Positions 1-9,146 of a stretch of 64,000 nucleotides of DNA are shown here, piece by piece (positions within the stretch are counted from its first letter, which is position 1; each line of letters begins with the position of its first letter). Below the pieces are notes generated by a model. It made no database searches. It was not told the DNA's origin and saw nothing but the letters and a program-made list of their open reading frames with translations. The position numbers and the translations under genes are program-made. Origin of the DNA: Candidatus Poribacteria bacterium (GTDB taxonomy: Bacteria; Poribacteria; WGA-4E; B28-G17); contig JAGGXZ010000182.1 of the NCBI GenBank assembly GCA_021162805.1, positions 17,009 to 81,008 of the forward strand, given 5' to 3'.

Positions 1-1
1 T

Positions 2-523
2 TATGCCCTCACCCCGGACGGCCAGAGGGCGGAGATCGCCGAGAGGAGTATCTCGTTGGGCCCGGGCGAAAGGAGGAGGTTGAACCTCTCATACAGGCCG
101 TCCGAGTGGGGGAGATATAGGATAAGGGCGTTCCTGAACCTCAACCTCGGATCGCTTGAGACCGATTTCGGGAATAACTTCGCCTCGGGCGAGGTTGAGG
201 TGAGACGATCGCCCGCGGTATGGGGTTCAGCTACGGTCTATCCGAATCCCTACAACGGCGGCCGCCTTCGCATGGCGTATCAGCTGAGCTCTGACGCCGA
301 CGTATTCGTCAAGATCTACGATCTAACAGGCCATCTCATCGGGGAGAGGGAATTCGTCAGCGGCACGAAGGGCGGGTTGTGGGGCCCTAACGATGTGGTC
401 ATATGGGACGGGAAAAATCGGTTCGGCGAGAAGGCAGCATCGGGGATCTATCTGATCCATCTCATCGCTGTAAATCAACACGGGAGCGTCGAGATAGGGA
501 GGAGAGTATGTCTCGTAAAGTGA
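2..523 (+). CDS. 3' end of a secreted protein ending in a T9SS-type (Por/FlgD-Ig-like) C-terminal sorting domain. The 5' end lies outside the window.
   Basis: The frame starting at nt 2 stays open to the stop at 521-523. The last ~90 aa (VYPNPYNGG...IYDLTGHLIGE...WDGKNRFGEKAASGIYLIHL) carry the same YPNP / IYxLxG / WDxK...GxY pattern as the C-termini at 2245-2535 and 41757-42027. Confidence 0.5.
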   Translation, partial: YALTPDGQRAEIAERSISLGPGERRRLNLSYRPSEWGRYRIRAFLNLNLGSLETDFGNNFASGEVEVRRSPAVWGSATVYPNPYNGGRLRMAYQLSSDADVFVKIYDLTGHLIGEREFVSGTKGGLWGPNDVVIWDGKNRFGEKAASGIYLIHLIAVNQHGSVEIGRRVCLVK

Positions 524-2535
524 TCCCGATCCTCATCCTCCCTCTGATCCTGATGATGATCCCCTTCCTTTACGCCGCTCCGCCCCATCCTGATCTCGTG
601 AGACGATGGAAGAGAGAAGGTGATATGACCCTCTCCTCTCAACTGCCGTTTGCCGGCCACGATCTCAGACCCGGCCGCTACGCCATTCCGATGAAGGATG
701 GGATCGAATATGTGCTTGTGATACGGGTGGATTTTCCCGATAAACCCGCCGTCAGATCGAAGGAGGAGGTGGACGGCTTCTTCTTCGGCAGGGATCAGGT
801 CTCGCTTTATACTTATTATAAGGAGGTCTCTTACGGCAAGATGACCATCTCCCCGGGACCTATGGGCGGCAGTCTCCCTTGGGGTGAGAAGTGGTATAGG
901 ATGCCAAAGAGGATGAGCTATTATGGCGAGGGGCGAATGATGCTCGATCGATATCATGAGCTGATACGGAACGCCTGCGACGCCGCCGATCGGGACATCG
1001 ATTTCTCGAAATACGATAGGGACGGGGACGGATATGTCGATCACCTGATGTTGATACACGCCGGGGACGATGAGGCTTCCTCAGGCCGGTTTGAGGATAT
1101 CTGGTCGATGTTGATCCCATCGGTCAACCTCAGATATGACGGCGTTCGGATAAACAACGTCGCCGTCGTAGCCGAGGAGCCGAGCTACCCGAAGCCTCAT
1201 CTGGGAATCTTCTTCCATGAGTTCTTCCATGATTTCGGTGCGCCCGACCTTTACAGCGGCAGTGTGGCGGGGCCACATGACCAGCAATGGAGCTTGATGG
1301 GGATGTTCGGGCCTTATCAGGGGGCGAATAGGAACGGACTTGCGCCCGCCCACATCTGTGGATATCTCAAATGGGATTTCGACGCCAGGCCGGAAAACGG
1401 CCGGCACGGATGGATCAAGCCGGTGGAGATCACGCAAAATACGGAGGCGCTCGTCATACCCGCCTTCGAGACGGGCGATCCGGATAAGGTCCTCTACAAG
1501 ATAGATATCCCCGGCAAAAACGGTAGGGAGTTCTTCCTCATAGAGAACCGCGAGAGAAACTCGGGGGGGATGTATGACACATATCTTCCAGAATCCGGAA
1601 TTCTGATCTGGCATATAGATGAGACCGCCCCTCGAAGCGATACGAACGCGTCGGAAAGGGTATGGGTGGAGGATCCGTCCGATCCTGAGCATCTCGATCT
1701 GGAGCATATAACCGCCGGGGCCGCCTATTCTCTGGATGACGGCCAGACCGAGTTCACCCCATCGTCCGAGCCGAACAGCGATGCCAACGACGGCACGCCC
1801 TCCGGCATATCGATCGTCAACATCGGACATGAGGGGATCAAGATGCCGATCACGGTCTACTTCGGCGATACCTTCGAGCCGAACGACACGATCCAGCTCG
1901 CCTACGGGCCGCTGCTTTACGGGATCAGCTACGCGTCCTATATATTCGACGGGAACGATCCGGCCGACGTATACAGGATCGATCTCAAAAGGGGCGAGCC
2001 GGTGGAGATAAAGGTGGAGGATATCCCTGAGGGGGTGGTGATCGATGCCAAGCTGGTGGATGGGCTCGGCAACGTGTTGGCGAAAAGTGAGGAGGGGGAA
2101 AAGGGGTTTATCATCCTTTACAACCCGCCCGGCACCGGAACCGGATATCTGGTGGTAAGACGTATATCCGGATACGACCCGATCCACGCCTATCACGTCC
2201 GCATCGATCCTGTCACTCCATCATCCTCGCCGTTGAAGCTCACCAAGGTCTACGCCTATCCCAATCCGGTCCATCGAGGGGATAACGTGAGGTTCCACTT
2301 CGAGCTCGAGAACAAGGGCATGGCTGATGTGGTGGAGATATCCGTCTTCAATTTGAACCTGGATAGAGTTTACGGTGGGAAGATGGAGGATGTTATAGGG
2401 CGAAACGAATTCGGACCGTGGGATCTGAGAGATCCTAACGGCAGGAGATGCGCTCCGGGGATATATCTCTATCTTATCTCAGCCCGCCGAGGGAAAGATG
2501 TCTCCAGGGCGATCGGCAAGCTGGCGATTGAGTGA
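508..2535 (+). CDS. Secreted M6-family zinc metalloprotease (immune inhibitor A-like) with a PPC domain and a T9SS-type C-terminal sorting domain
   Basis: RBS AGGGAGGAG lies 4 nt upstream of ATG 508. N-terminus is hydrophobic (IPILILPLILMMIPFLYA). HEFFHDFGAPDLY is an HExxH zincin motif as in M6/InhA. There is an EPNDTIQLAYGP...DPADVYRI pre-peptidase C-terminal-like segment. The C-terminus reads VYAYPNPVHRGDNV...WDLRDPNGRRCAPGIYLYLI. Confidence 0.75.
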   Translation: MSRKVIPILILPLILMMIPFLYAAPPHPDLVRRWKREGDMTLSSQLPFAGHDLRPGRYAIPMKDGIEYVLVIRVDFPDKPAVRSKEEVDGFFFGRDQVSLYTYYKEVSYGKMTISPGPMGGSLPWGEKWYRMPKRMSYYGEGRMMLDRYHELIRNACDAADRDIDFSKYDRDGDGYVDHLMLIHAGDDEASSGRFEDIWSMLIPSVNLRYDGVRINNVAVVAEEPSYPKPHLGIFFHEFFHDFGAPDLYSGSVAGPHDQQWSLMGMFGPYQGANRNGLAPAHICGYLKWDFDARPENGRHGWIKPVEITQNTEALVIPAFETGDPDKVLYKIDIPGKNGREFFLIENRERNSGGMYDTYLPESGILIWHIDETAPRSDTNASERVWVEDPSDPEHLDLEHITAGAAYSLDDGQTEFTPSSEPNSDANDGTPSGISIVNIGHEGIKMPITVYFGDTFEPNDTIQLAYGPLLYGISYASYIFDGNDPADVYRIDLKRGEPVEIKVEDIPEGVVIDAKLVDGLGNVLAKSEEGEKGFIILYNPPGTGTGYLVVRRISGYDPIHAYHVRIDPVTPSSSPLKLTKVYAYPNPVHRGDNVRFHFELENKGMADVVEISVFNLNLDRVYGGKMEDVIGRNEFGPWDLRDPNGRRCAPGIYLYLISARRGKDVSRAIGKLAIE

Positions 2536-2545
2536 TGATAGGCTG

Positions 2546-2887
2546 TCAAAACCGGAAGAATATCTTTCGGCTCCTGCGTTCCTCATCTATCCTCTCGGCA
2601 TGTTCCAAGACGATCTCCCTTGGACACGCCTTCGTGAAGATATATAGCCCGGGGATGAATATGATCAGAATCGGAACAATCGGGTCATCGAGTCTTCCTA
2701 GAGGCAGGAAATCGGGCCAGAAATCCACGGGCATGATGTAGTATAGGGCGAAGAAGATCACGGAGATGGCGCCGAAAATCAGGGGTATGAACTTCAGATA
2801 GACCGGAACCCGCGGATCCCAGAACAGCCTCCAGGCGAGCTTAAGGAAATTGGGCAGGTGATATATAAACCTCAGAAGTTTTAACAA
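2546..2887 (-). CDS. DUF1232 (YkvA-like) small membrane protein
   Basis: LAWRLFWDPRVPVYLKFIPLIFGAISVIFFALYYIMPVDFWPDFLPLGRLDD matches the DUF1232 consensus (WRLxKDPRVP...IPDFIP.LG.LDD). Confidence 0.6.
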   Translation of the reverse strand: MLKLLRFIYHLPNFLKLAWRLFWDPRVPVYLKFIPLIFGAISVIFFALYYIMPVDFWPDFLPLGRLDDPIVPILIIFIPGLYIFTKACPREIVLEHAERIDEERRSRKIFFRF

Positions 2888-2967
2888 CCTTCACCCCTCC
2901 AAATTGATATCCTTTCCCAAGTTTTCACGGGGGAGGGGCGAAAAATCTTTCGCCCCCAAAATCTTCC

Positions 2968-4107
2968 TCAGACGTATCCTGGCATCTCAGATAGGTCTCT
3001 GGCGTTCGGATGCCAGAGCCTGGTCAGATATGCCTCGAGCACGCCTCTGTTTTTATGCGGACGCTCGATACACGCTAGGACGAGCTCGTGGTCCACCTCG
3101 TCTGTCATCTGTATAAGCGCTTTGAGCCTATCCATATTGTTGATCAGCGCCCGATCGACCGGCATTCTCTCGGGGTTTATATCTATGCCGAGATACCCCC
3201 TATACCCGTGCATCTTCAGCACATATAGGGCGGCAAAGGCCTGTTCGGGGGAGATCACCCCGACGTTCAGGTCTTGGTCGTAATTACCCAGCGGTTGACT
3301 GTTCCAATGCGTATGGGCCAGCCTGCCCTGCCTCAATATCCTGCTGAACGAATACGCCAGATCCTCAAATCCCATCAGAACATGCCCCACCTCAGGGTTG
3401 AGCGTCACAAGGGCATGTCCCTCCTCAAGCAGCCTTCGGTTTTCCTCCGATGAGAGCTTTTTCTCGACGTCCTGAGCCATTATGAGTCCGTCGGCGGTAT
3501 TGCGATAGATGTTGTTGCCGCGAGGCTCGTAAGGTTTGGGCTCGATGGCGATCCTCACCCCCGGAACGGCATCCATCGCCTCGGCTAACCCCTCTTCGAA
3601 TCTATCCCACATAGCGTAGAAATCGATGCCGAAAGCCATCTCGAACCCGTCGATGCCGGGCCATACGATAGCGAAGTCGGTGTCGAGCTCCTTGTTCAGC
3701 TCAAGCGTCCTTATGGTTCGTTGGATGGCCTTACGCCTCACCTCGGGTATGGGCGATGAGAGGGAGCCGAACTCGAACTCCGGATCGTAGAAGAGACCGG
3801 GGACGATCGTGATCAGCCTTAACCCCGTATCCTTCTGAAGTTGTTTGTAAAGCTCGATGTTCTCCTCGTTCACCTCGGTCGGGTAATGTGCCTCAAGCCC
3901 TTTAAGCCCGTAATCCACCAACTCAGCGGCGATATCCAATCTCTCCTTGATGCTGAGCTCTCTTCCGTATCTGGCGTGGAATCTGCTTGCCGCGGGGGAG
4001 AAGTACCACACGCCGGCGGAGAACTTCGGCTCGAGCTTGAACTCCCTAAGATGTTTTATAAGTTCATCCCCCTTTCGGACCTTTGTCTGATCTCTCAGAT
4101 CTAACAT
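2968..4107 (-). CDS. Xylose isomerase-like TIM-barrel sugar isomerase (class I XylA-like, ~379 aa)
   Basis: RBS GGAGGG precedes ATG 4107 (MLDLRDQ). AIEPKPYEPRGN matches the FEPKPxEPRGD signature. HTHWNSQPLGNYDQDLNVG parallels the metal-site block HIDLNGQHGPKFDQDLVFG of class I xylose isomerases. Length fits class I. Confidence 0.55.
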   Translation of the reverse strand: MLDLRDQTKVRKGDELIKHLREFKLEPKFSAGVWYFSPAASRFHARYGRELSIKERLDIAAELVDYGLKGLEAHYPTEVNEENIELYKQLQKDTGLRLITIVPGLFYDPEFEFGSLSSPIPEVRRKAIQRTIRTLELNKELDTDFAIVWPGIDGFEMAFGIDFYAMWDRFEEGLAEAMDAVPGVRIAIEPKPYEPRGNNIYRNTADGLIMAQDVEKKLSSEENRRLLEEGHALVTLNPEVGHVLMGFEDLAYSFSRILRQGRLAHTHWNSQPLGNYDQDLNVGVISPEQAFAALYVLKMHGYRGYLGIDINPERMPVDRALINNMDRLKALIQMTDEVDHELVLACIERPHKNRGVLEAYLTRLWHPNARDLSEMPGYV

Positions 4108-4346
4108 ATCACCCTCCGTCGATCGGCGTATTGACCCCAAGGGGATCATTGTTATTTTAACATACCCTTTTCATCCATTACAAGCTGTAAGGGCGAGGCG
4201 TAGGGGTTTTCAACGCTTTTCACCGACACTGTAGTGGCAGGCCCCCGTGCCTGCCAGAATCGAGGGCATGCACAGGGGCATGCCCCTACCTATGCTCGAT
4301 TATGCCAAATCATTGAAAAGCCCTCGGCGAGGCGATCTCCTGCAGG

Positions 4347-4375
4347 TTTGCACCTATCCGATTCCTGTGATATAA
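4347..4375 (+). promoter_or_regulatory. Sigma70-type promoter (TTGCAC-N17-TGaTATAAT, extended -10) for the yicC-gmk operon
   Basis: TTGCAC at 4347-4352, a 17-nt spacer, TG at 4367-4368 and TATAAT at 4370-4375. It sits ~25 nt upstream of the yicC start. Confidence 0.5.
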
Positions 4376-4400
4376 TCTTGTCCGGTAATCCCGAACAGGG

Positions 4401-5288
4401 GTGAACGAATTGAAAAGTATGACGGGCTACGGGCGAAGCTCCATTGAGACACCTTTCGGCAGGCTCGTCGTTGAGGTTAAAACGGTCAATCACAGATACA
4501 GCCAGATCTCCTCTCGAATTCCCTCTCAGCTCTCATCGCTCGAACCGAAAATACTGAAATCGCTGAAGCATAGGATCGCTCGTGGGCAGATCTATCTGAA
4601 CATGGAGTTGATCTCCGATGAGGGGACCACCTTCCCCAGAAAGGTCGTGGTGGATATCGATCTCGCCAGACAGTACAAGCGTTATCTCGATTCCCTTCGC
4701 GAATCCCTTGGGATAGATGAGCCGGTTTCGCTCTCTTTGATAGGATCGATGCCGGGGGTTTTCGAGTTGGTCGAGCCCGATCTGGATGAGGAGAAGACAT
4801 GGCGGTGGTTGGAGGAGGGATTGAACGAGGCTTTGGATGCCTTGGATGAGTCGAGGCTTGCTGAGGGGGAGAGGATGAAATCGGATATGTCCCAGCGGCT
4901 TTCCCTTATCGCCGGATCGATTGAGAGGATCAAGGAGATCGCCCGAAACGACGTGGAAAGATATATGAGAAAGCTCTCAGAGAGGATGAGGGAGATTCTG
5001 AAGGGTGAATACGATGAGGCGAGGCTCATGATGGAGGCAGCCATGCTGGCTGAAAAGTCGGATGTCTCCGAGGAGATCGTCCGAATGGAGAGCCATATAA
5101 AACGGTTTGAGGAGCTGGTCGAATCGGATGATCCCGTCGGCAGACAGATGGATTTCCTGTTGCAGGAGATGCTCAGAGAGGCTACAACCATGGCTTCCAA
5201 GGCCATATCGGCCGAGATCGTCTCCGAAACGGTGAAGATGCGGTCGGAGATAGATAAATTGAGAGAGATGGCCCAGAATGTCGAGTGA
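4401..5288 (+). CDS. yicC: YicC-family stress-induced protein
   Basis: N-terminal MTGYGRSSIE is the YicC hallmark, and the rest is a charged coiled-coil-rich protein of ~290 aa. A GTG at 4401 or the ATG at 4419 could be the start. The stop overlaps gmk. Confidence 0.75.
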   Translation: MNELKSMTGYGRSSIETPFGRLVVEVKTVNHRYSQISSRIPSQLSSLEPKILKSLKHRIARGQIYLNMELISDEGTTFPRKVVVDIDLARQYKRYLDSLRESLGIDEPVSLSLIGSMPGVFELVEPDLDEEKTWRWLEEGLNEALDALDESRLAEGERMKSDMSQRLSLIAGSIERIKEIARNDVERYMRKLSERMREILKGEYDEARLMMEAAMLAEKSDVSEEIVRMESHIKRFEELVESDDPVGRQMDFLLQEMLREATTMASKAISAEIVSETVKMRSEIDKLREMAQNVE

Positions 5289-5913
5289 GGGACAGCTCAT
5301 CGTCATATCCGGGCCTTCCGGCTCGGGCAAAAGCAGTCTCGTCGATCTGCTTCTGAGGAGAAATCCATCCCTGCGCCGCTCCATCTCCGCCACAACACGT
5401 CGGCCCAGACGAGAAGAACGTGATGGCGTGGATTACCACTTCATGAGCGTCGAGAGGTTCAAGGAGGGGATGGAGAGGGGGGAGTTCCTGGAGTGGGCGG
5501 TCTATAACGGGAACTACTACGGCACACCCAGAAAAGGGGTGGATGAGGCTATCTCCAGGGGAGAGGATATCCTGCTGACGATAGAGGTTCAGGGAGCAGC
5601 TCAGATAAGGAGGATCTATCCCGATGCCCTGCTCATATTCATCTTACCTCCTTCACCGGAATCGCTGAGGGAAAGGATCAAAAGGCGCGGGAGCGAATCG
5701 GAGGAGGAGATCGAACGAAGGCTCCGTATAGCGGAGGATGAGATATCCAAGATAGAGATCTACGACTTTTTCGTCATCAATCGGGAGGGCGAGCTGGAGA
5801 AGGCCGCTGAGGAGGTGGAGAGGATCATATCGATCGGAAAACACCGTTTGACCAGGGGAAGGATCGAGAAGATCAAACGCTTATATAGGGTGAGAACTTT
5901 AGCTCCAGTATGA
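5278..5913 (+). CDS. gmk: Guanylate kinase
   Basis: P-loop GPSGSGKSS, then SATTRRPRxxExDGVDYHF and YYGTP, typical of guanylate kinase. The yicC-gmk-rpoZ neighbourhood is the conserved one. Confidence 0.9.
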   Translation: MSSEGQLIVISGPSGSGKSSLVDLLLRRNPSLRRSISATTRRPRREERDGVDYHFMSVERFKEGMERGEFLEWAVYNGNYYGTPRKGVDEAISRGEDILLTIEVQGAAQIRRIYPDALLIFILPPSPESLRERIKRRGSESEEEIERRLRIAEDEISKIEIYDFFVINREGELEKAAEEVERIISIGKHRLTRGRIEKIKRLYRVRTLAPV

Positions 5914-6371
5914 CCGGACTAAGCATAGAGGATATCAAAGCAAATCTTGATAGTATGATGCGGAATCTCCATCAGGAGTTCGGAGATCGACTTATAGCCG
6001 TTGTCGTTTATGGAAGTTATGCTCGTGGATCGGCTAAACCGAAATCTGATGTTGATCTTCTGGTGGTGGTGAGGGGATTGCCGCGAGATTGGGATACCAT
6101 TCACCGTTTGGAGGATAGGTGGACGTTCAAAGGGCGACAATTTGGAAAGCGCTTCCAAGTTATGTTTGTAAGCCCGGAGGATGTAGAAGATTCCGTGGAA
6201 TATGCGGCGCCGTTGATGCTGGAGATTTATAACGCTCATAAAGTTATCTTTGATCAGAATGGATTCTTCAGAAACTGTATAATTCGTATGGAGCATCTCA
6301 TAAAGGAACGAGGAATCCGAATGAAAAGACAGGGGGTCTGGGAGGTTCCTGAGAGTGTTATCCCATCGTGA
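5910..6371 (+). CDS. Pol-beta-type nucleotidyltransferase (MNT-like toxin-antitoxin partner)
   Basis: GSYARGSAKPKSDVDLLVV is the GS...D.D minimal NTase motif. The start overlaps the gmk stop (ATGA). Composition is visibly more AT-rich than the flanks. Confidence 0.7.
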   Translation: MTGLSIEDIKANLDSMMRNLHQEFGDRLIAVVVYGSYARGSAKPKSDVDLLVVVRGLPRDWDTIHRLEDRWTFKGRQFGKRFQVMFVSPEDVEDSVEYAAPLMLEIYNAHKVIFDQNGFFRNCIIRMEHLIKERGIRMKRQGVWEVPESVIPS

Positions 6372-6810
6372 TATCAGCCGGGCTTTACTGATAGAGGCAT
6401 ATACCGATTTAAAGGCAGCGCAAGTACTAAGGCAGGCGGGCATTTACGCTCGATGTATAGCCCACTGTCAACATACCGTGGAAAAGACGCTTAAGGCGGC
6501 ATTGGCCATTAGGGATGTGCTCATCACCGATCGTCATGAAATATCAGAGGATTTCAGGCAGACTTGCTTTGACTGGGAATGCTGCAGCGAATTGGCGGAC
6601 ATCGCTGTTGAGATGGAAGCAATGAGGTCCCGCACGGAATATCCGCTATTTGGACGCCGAGATCTACCTATATGGCTTCCCTCTGAACGGTATACGGAAG
6701 CCGATGCAGATGAGGCTTTGGAGAAAACTCGATATGTGTTTAACACGGTGAAGTGCCGGTTATCGGACGAGTATGATATCCATTTCGAGATCGGAGGTGA
6801 TAAGGTATGA
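6355..6810 (+). CDS. HEPN-domain protein (partner of the preceding NTase)
   Basis: About 150 aa, all-alpha-like composition, immediately overlapping the NTase. The NTase+HEPN operon is a classic pairing. The stop overlaps the rpoZ start (ATGA). Confidence 0.6.
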   Translation: MLSHRDISRALLIEAYTDLKAAQVLRQAGIYARCIAHCQHTVEKTLKAALAIRDVLITDRHEISEDFRQTCFDWECCSELADIAVEMEAMRSRTEYPLFGRRDLPIWLPSERYTEADADEALEKTRYVFNTVKCRLSDEYDIHFEIGGDKV

Positions 6811-7145
6811 GAAACGTGATGATCGAAGATCTGGAGGAGATCGTCGGAAACAAGTATCTTGCTGCCAATATCGCGGCCAGACGAGCACGCCAGCTTAACA
6901 TAGGCGTTAGGCCTAGGATCAAGACAAACCACGTGAAGTATCCTTCCATCGCTTTGGAGGAGCTGGCCGCCGGAGAGTTGGAGTATAAACCGCTGCCGCG
7001 GGAGGCCAAACCGGATAGAGCTCTCTATCCCAGCAGAGAGGTGGACGAGGAGATCTCCGAGGAATTCCGCAAACAGATGCGATTTGTCACCGAGAAGGAG
7101 GAGATGAGAATGGATAGAGAGGCAATGGAGTTCGAGGATACCTGA
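6807..7145 (+). CDS. rpoZ: DNA-directed RNA polymerase subunit omega
   Basis: LAANIAARRARQL matches the RpoZ core (LxxxAAKRARQL). Small protein in the conserved position after gmk. Confidence 0.8.
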   Translation: MRNVMIEDLEEIVGNKYLAANIAARRARQLNIGVRPRIKTNHVKYPSIALEELAAGELEYKPLPREAKPDRALYPSREVDEEISEEFRKQMRFVTEKEEMRMDREAMEFEDT

Positions 7146-8347
7146 TGGACGCCCTCAAGGATAGGAACATACTTCTGGGAGTCACCGGAGGGATAGCGGC
7201 TTTTAAGGCCGCCTCCCTTGCCGGTCAGCTCATCAAGTTGGGAGCGAGCGTGAAGGTGGTGATGACCCATAATGCCACCCAGTTCATCTCGCCGCTCACC
7301 TTTCAAACGCTCTCGCGCAACCCCGTCTATCTCGATATGTTCTCCCCTATCAGTTGGCAGCCCGAACATATATCGCTGGCCGACTGGGCTGAGCTTTTCG
7401 TCATAGCCCCGGCGACCGCCAACGTCATAGGCAAACTCGCCCATGGGATAGCGGACGACCTTCTGACGACGATCGCTCTGGCCGTCAGGTGTCCCATTAT
7501 ATTGGCGCCCGCCATGAACTCCAACATGCTCGATAACCCCATCCTTCAGGATAACCTGGGATATCTGGAGGAACAGGGGTTCTTCATCATCGCTCCCGAA
7601 TACGGTCCCCTCGCATGTGGATATGAAGGGAAAGGGAGGCTGGCCGATTTAGACGTGATCGTCGAGACGATCAGGATGACTTTGACACCTAAGGATCTTG
7701 AAGGGATCAAGGTTCTGGTTACAGCCGGACCGACGAGGGAGAGGATTGATCCGATCAGGTTCATCACCAACAGATCCAGCGGTAAGATGGGATACGCCTT
7801 GGCGAGGGCCGCCCGCGACAGAGGCGCTCAGGTAACCCTGATAAGCGGCCCCACATCGCTCAGATCTCCTCCGTATGTGGAGTTTATCCAGGTCGAAACC
7901 GCCCTGCAGATGAAAGATGCCGTGATGGAGCGGTTCAAATGGGCGGATGTGCTCATCATGGCGGCCGCCGTGGCGGATTACAGGCCGAAAGAGAGCTTGG
8001 AGCGTAAGCTCAAAAAATCCGATTCAGAGTTGGTTCTCAGGCTCGCGCCCAACCCTGATATCCTTGCCGAGCTGGGCGGAGAAAAGGGAAATAAGATCCT
8101 GGTCGGATTCGCCGCGGAAACGGAACACGTCGTCTCCAACGCCCTGGAAAAACTGCGCGCCAAGAATCTCGATCTGATCGTCGCCAATAACATCCTGGAA
8201 CGAGGAGCCGGATTCGAATCCGACACCAATATCGTCACGATAATAGACGAAAGGGGAAAGGCCGAAAAGCTTCCGATCCTTTCCAAGGATGAGGTCGCGC
8301 ATAGAATCCTGGATAGGATATCAGAGATGATCCGCGGTGAAGGTTAG
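7145..8347 (+). CDS. coaBC: Bifunctional phosphopantothenoylcysteine decarboxylase / phosphopantothenate-cysteine ligase
   Basis: N-terminal flavoprotein fold (ILLGVTGGIAAFKA...PAMN) plus C-terminal DFP/CoaB ligase (GPT.E.IDPVR.I.N.SSGKMG...AAVADYRP). About 400 aa. Confidence 0.9.
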   Translation: MDALKDRNILLGVTGGIAAFKAASLAGQLIKLGASVKVVMTHNATQFISPLTFQTLSRNPVYLDMFSPISWQPEHISLADWAELFVIAPATANVIGKLAHGIADDLLTTIALAVRCPIILAPAMNSNMLDNPILQDNLGYLEEQGFFIIAPEYGPLACGYEGKGRLADLDVIVETIRMTLTPKDLEGIKVLVTAGPTRERIDPIRFITNRSSGKMGYALARAARDRGAQVTLISGPTSLRSPPYVEFIQVETALQMKDAVMERFKWADVLIMAAAVADYRPKESLERKLKKSDSELVLRLAPNPDILAELGGEKGNKILVGFAAETEHVVSNALEKLRAKNLDLIVANNILERGAGFESDTNIVTIIDERGKAEKLPILSKDEVAHRILDRISEMIRGEG

Positions 8348-9146
8348 GCCCAAAAAAAGGTTAGGACAGAACTTCCTCAAGGATGAAGGATACCTCGCCC
8401 GTATCATCTCATCGGCGGAGGTGTCGGAGGGCGATCTTGTCTTGGAGATCGGAGCCGGCACAGGTGAGCTGACGCAGTTCCTGATCGATCGGGCCGATCA
8501 GGTGATAGCGATCGAGGTAGATGCGGACCTGATCCCAATCTTGGAAGGGAGGTTCTCATCTTCATCCAAGCTTCATCTCCTTCACGCTGATGCCCTGAAA
8601 CTGGATTGGGTGAACCTGATCCGGGGGATCGATTCCTGTCGCAAAGCTAAGCTCGTATCGAACATACCCTATTACATAACCGCACCTCTTATCGAGAAGG
8701 CGATAGAAAGCAGGTCGGCTTTGAACCTATGTGTCCTGACCGTCCAGAAGGAGGTCGCTCTACGGATATGCGCCTCACCCGGCGGGAGGGAATATGGATC
8801 TTTGAGCATAATGGTTCAGTATCACGCCGACGTGGAGAGGCTTTTCGACATACCGCCTGGAGCCTTCCGGCCGAGCCCCGGCGTCTCATCCAGTGTCATC
8901 AGGATCAGATTTAGGGAGGAACCGAGGGTAAGGGTGAAGGATGAGAAGTTGTTTTTCAAGATCGTCAGGGCGGCCTTTCAGCAGAGACGCAAGATGATCG
9001 TAAACGCACTCAGATCACTCGGACTCGATAGGAAAAGGCTTGAGGAAACGTTAAAGCGAGCCGATATACCTCCAGAGAGCCGACCCGAAATGCTGAGTCT
9101 GGAGGAGTTCGGGAGATTAGCCGATGGGATGGCTGAACGCGTTTAA
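8337..9146 (+). CDS. rsmA: 16S rRNA (adenine1518/1519-N6)-dimethyltransferase
   Basis: PKKRLGQNFL at the N-terminus, the SAM-binding motif LEIGAGTGELT, and ~269 aa. Confidence 0.9.
   Translation: MKVRPKKRLGQNFLKDEGYLARIISSAEVSEGDLVLEIGAGTGELTQFLIDRADQVIAIEVDADLIPILEGRFSSSSKLHLLHADALKLDWVNLIRGIDSCRKAKLVSNIPYYITAPLIEKAIESRSALNLCVLTVQKEVALRICASPGGREYGSLSIMVQYHADVERLFDIPPGAFRPSPGVSSSVIRIRFREEPRVRVKDEKLFFKIVRAAFQQRRKMIVNALRSLGLDRKRLEETLKRADIPPESRPEMLSLEEFGRLADGMAERV

Noticed and set aside
475-2196. Long antisense ORFs (475-1059, 860-1120 and 1081-2196 on the minus strand) inside the M6 protease gene
   Set aside because: They fully overlap a well-supported coding gene. Their composition is Arg/Pro/Gly/His-rich as expected from GC-rich antisense reading. 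They have no RBS. The same pattern recurs antisense to most large genes here (15570-16460, 45315-46448, 60471-61181 and others).
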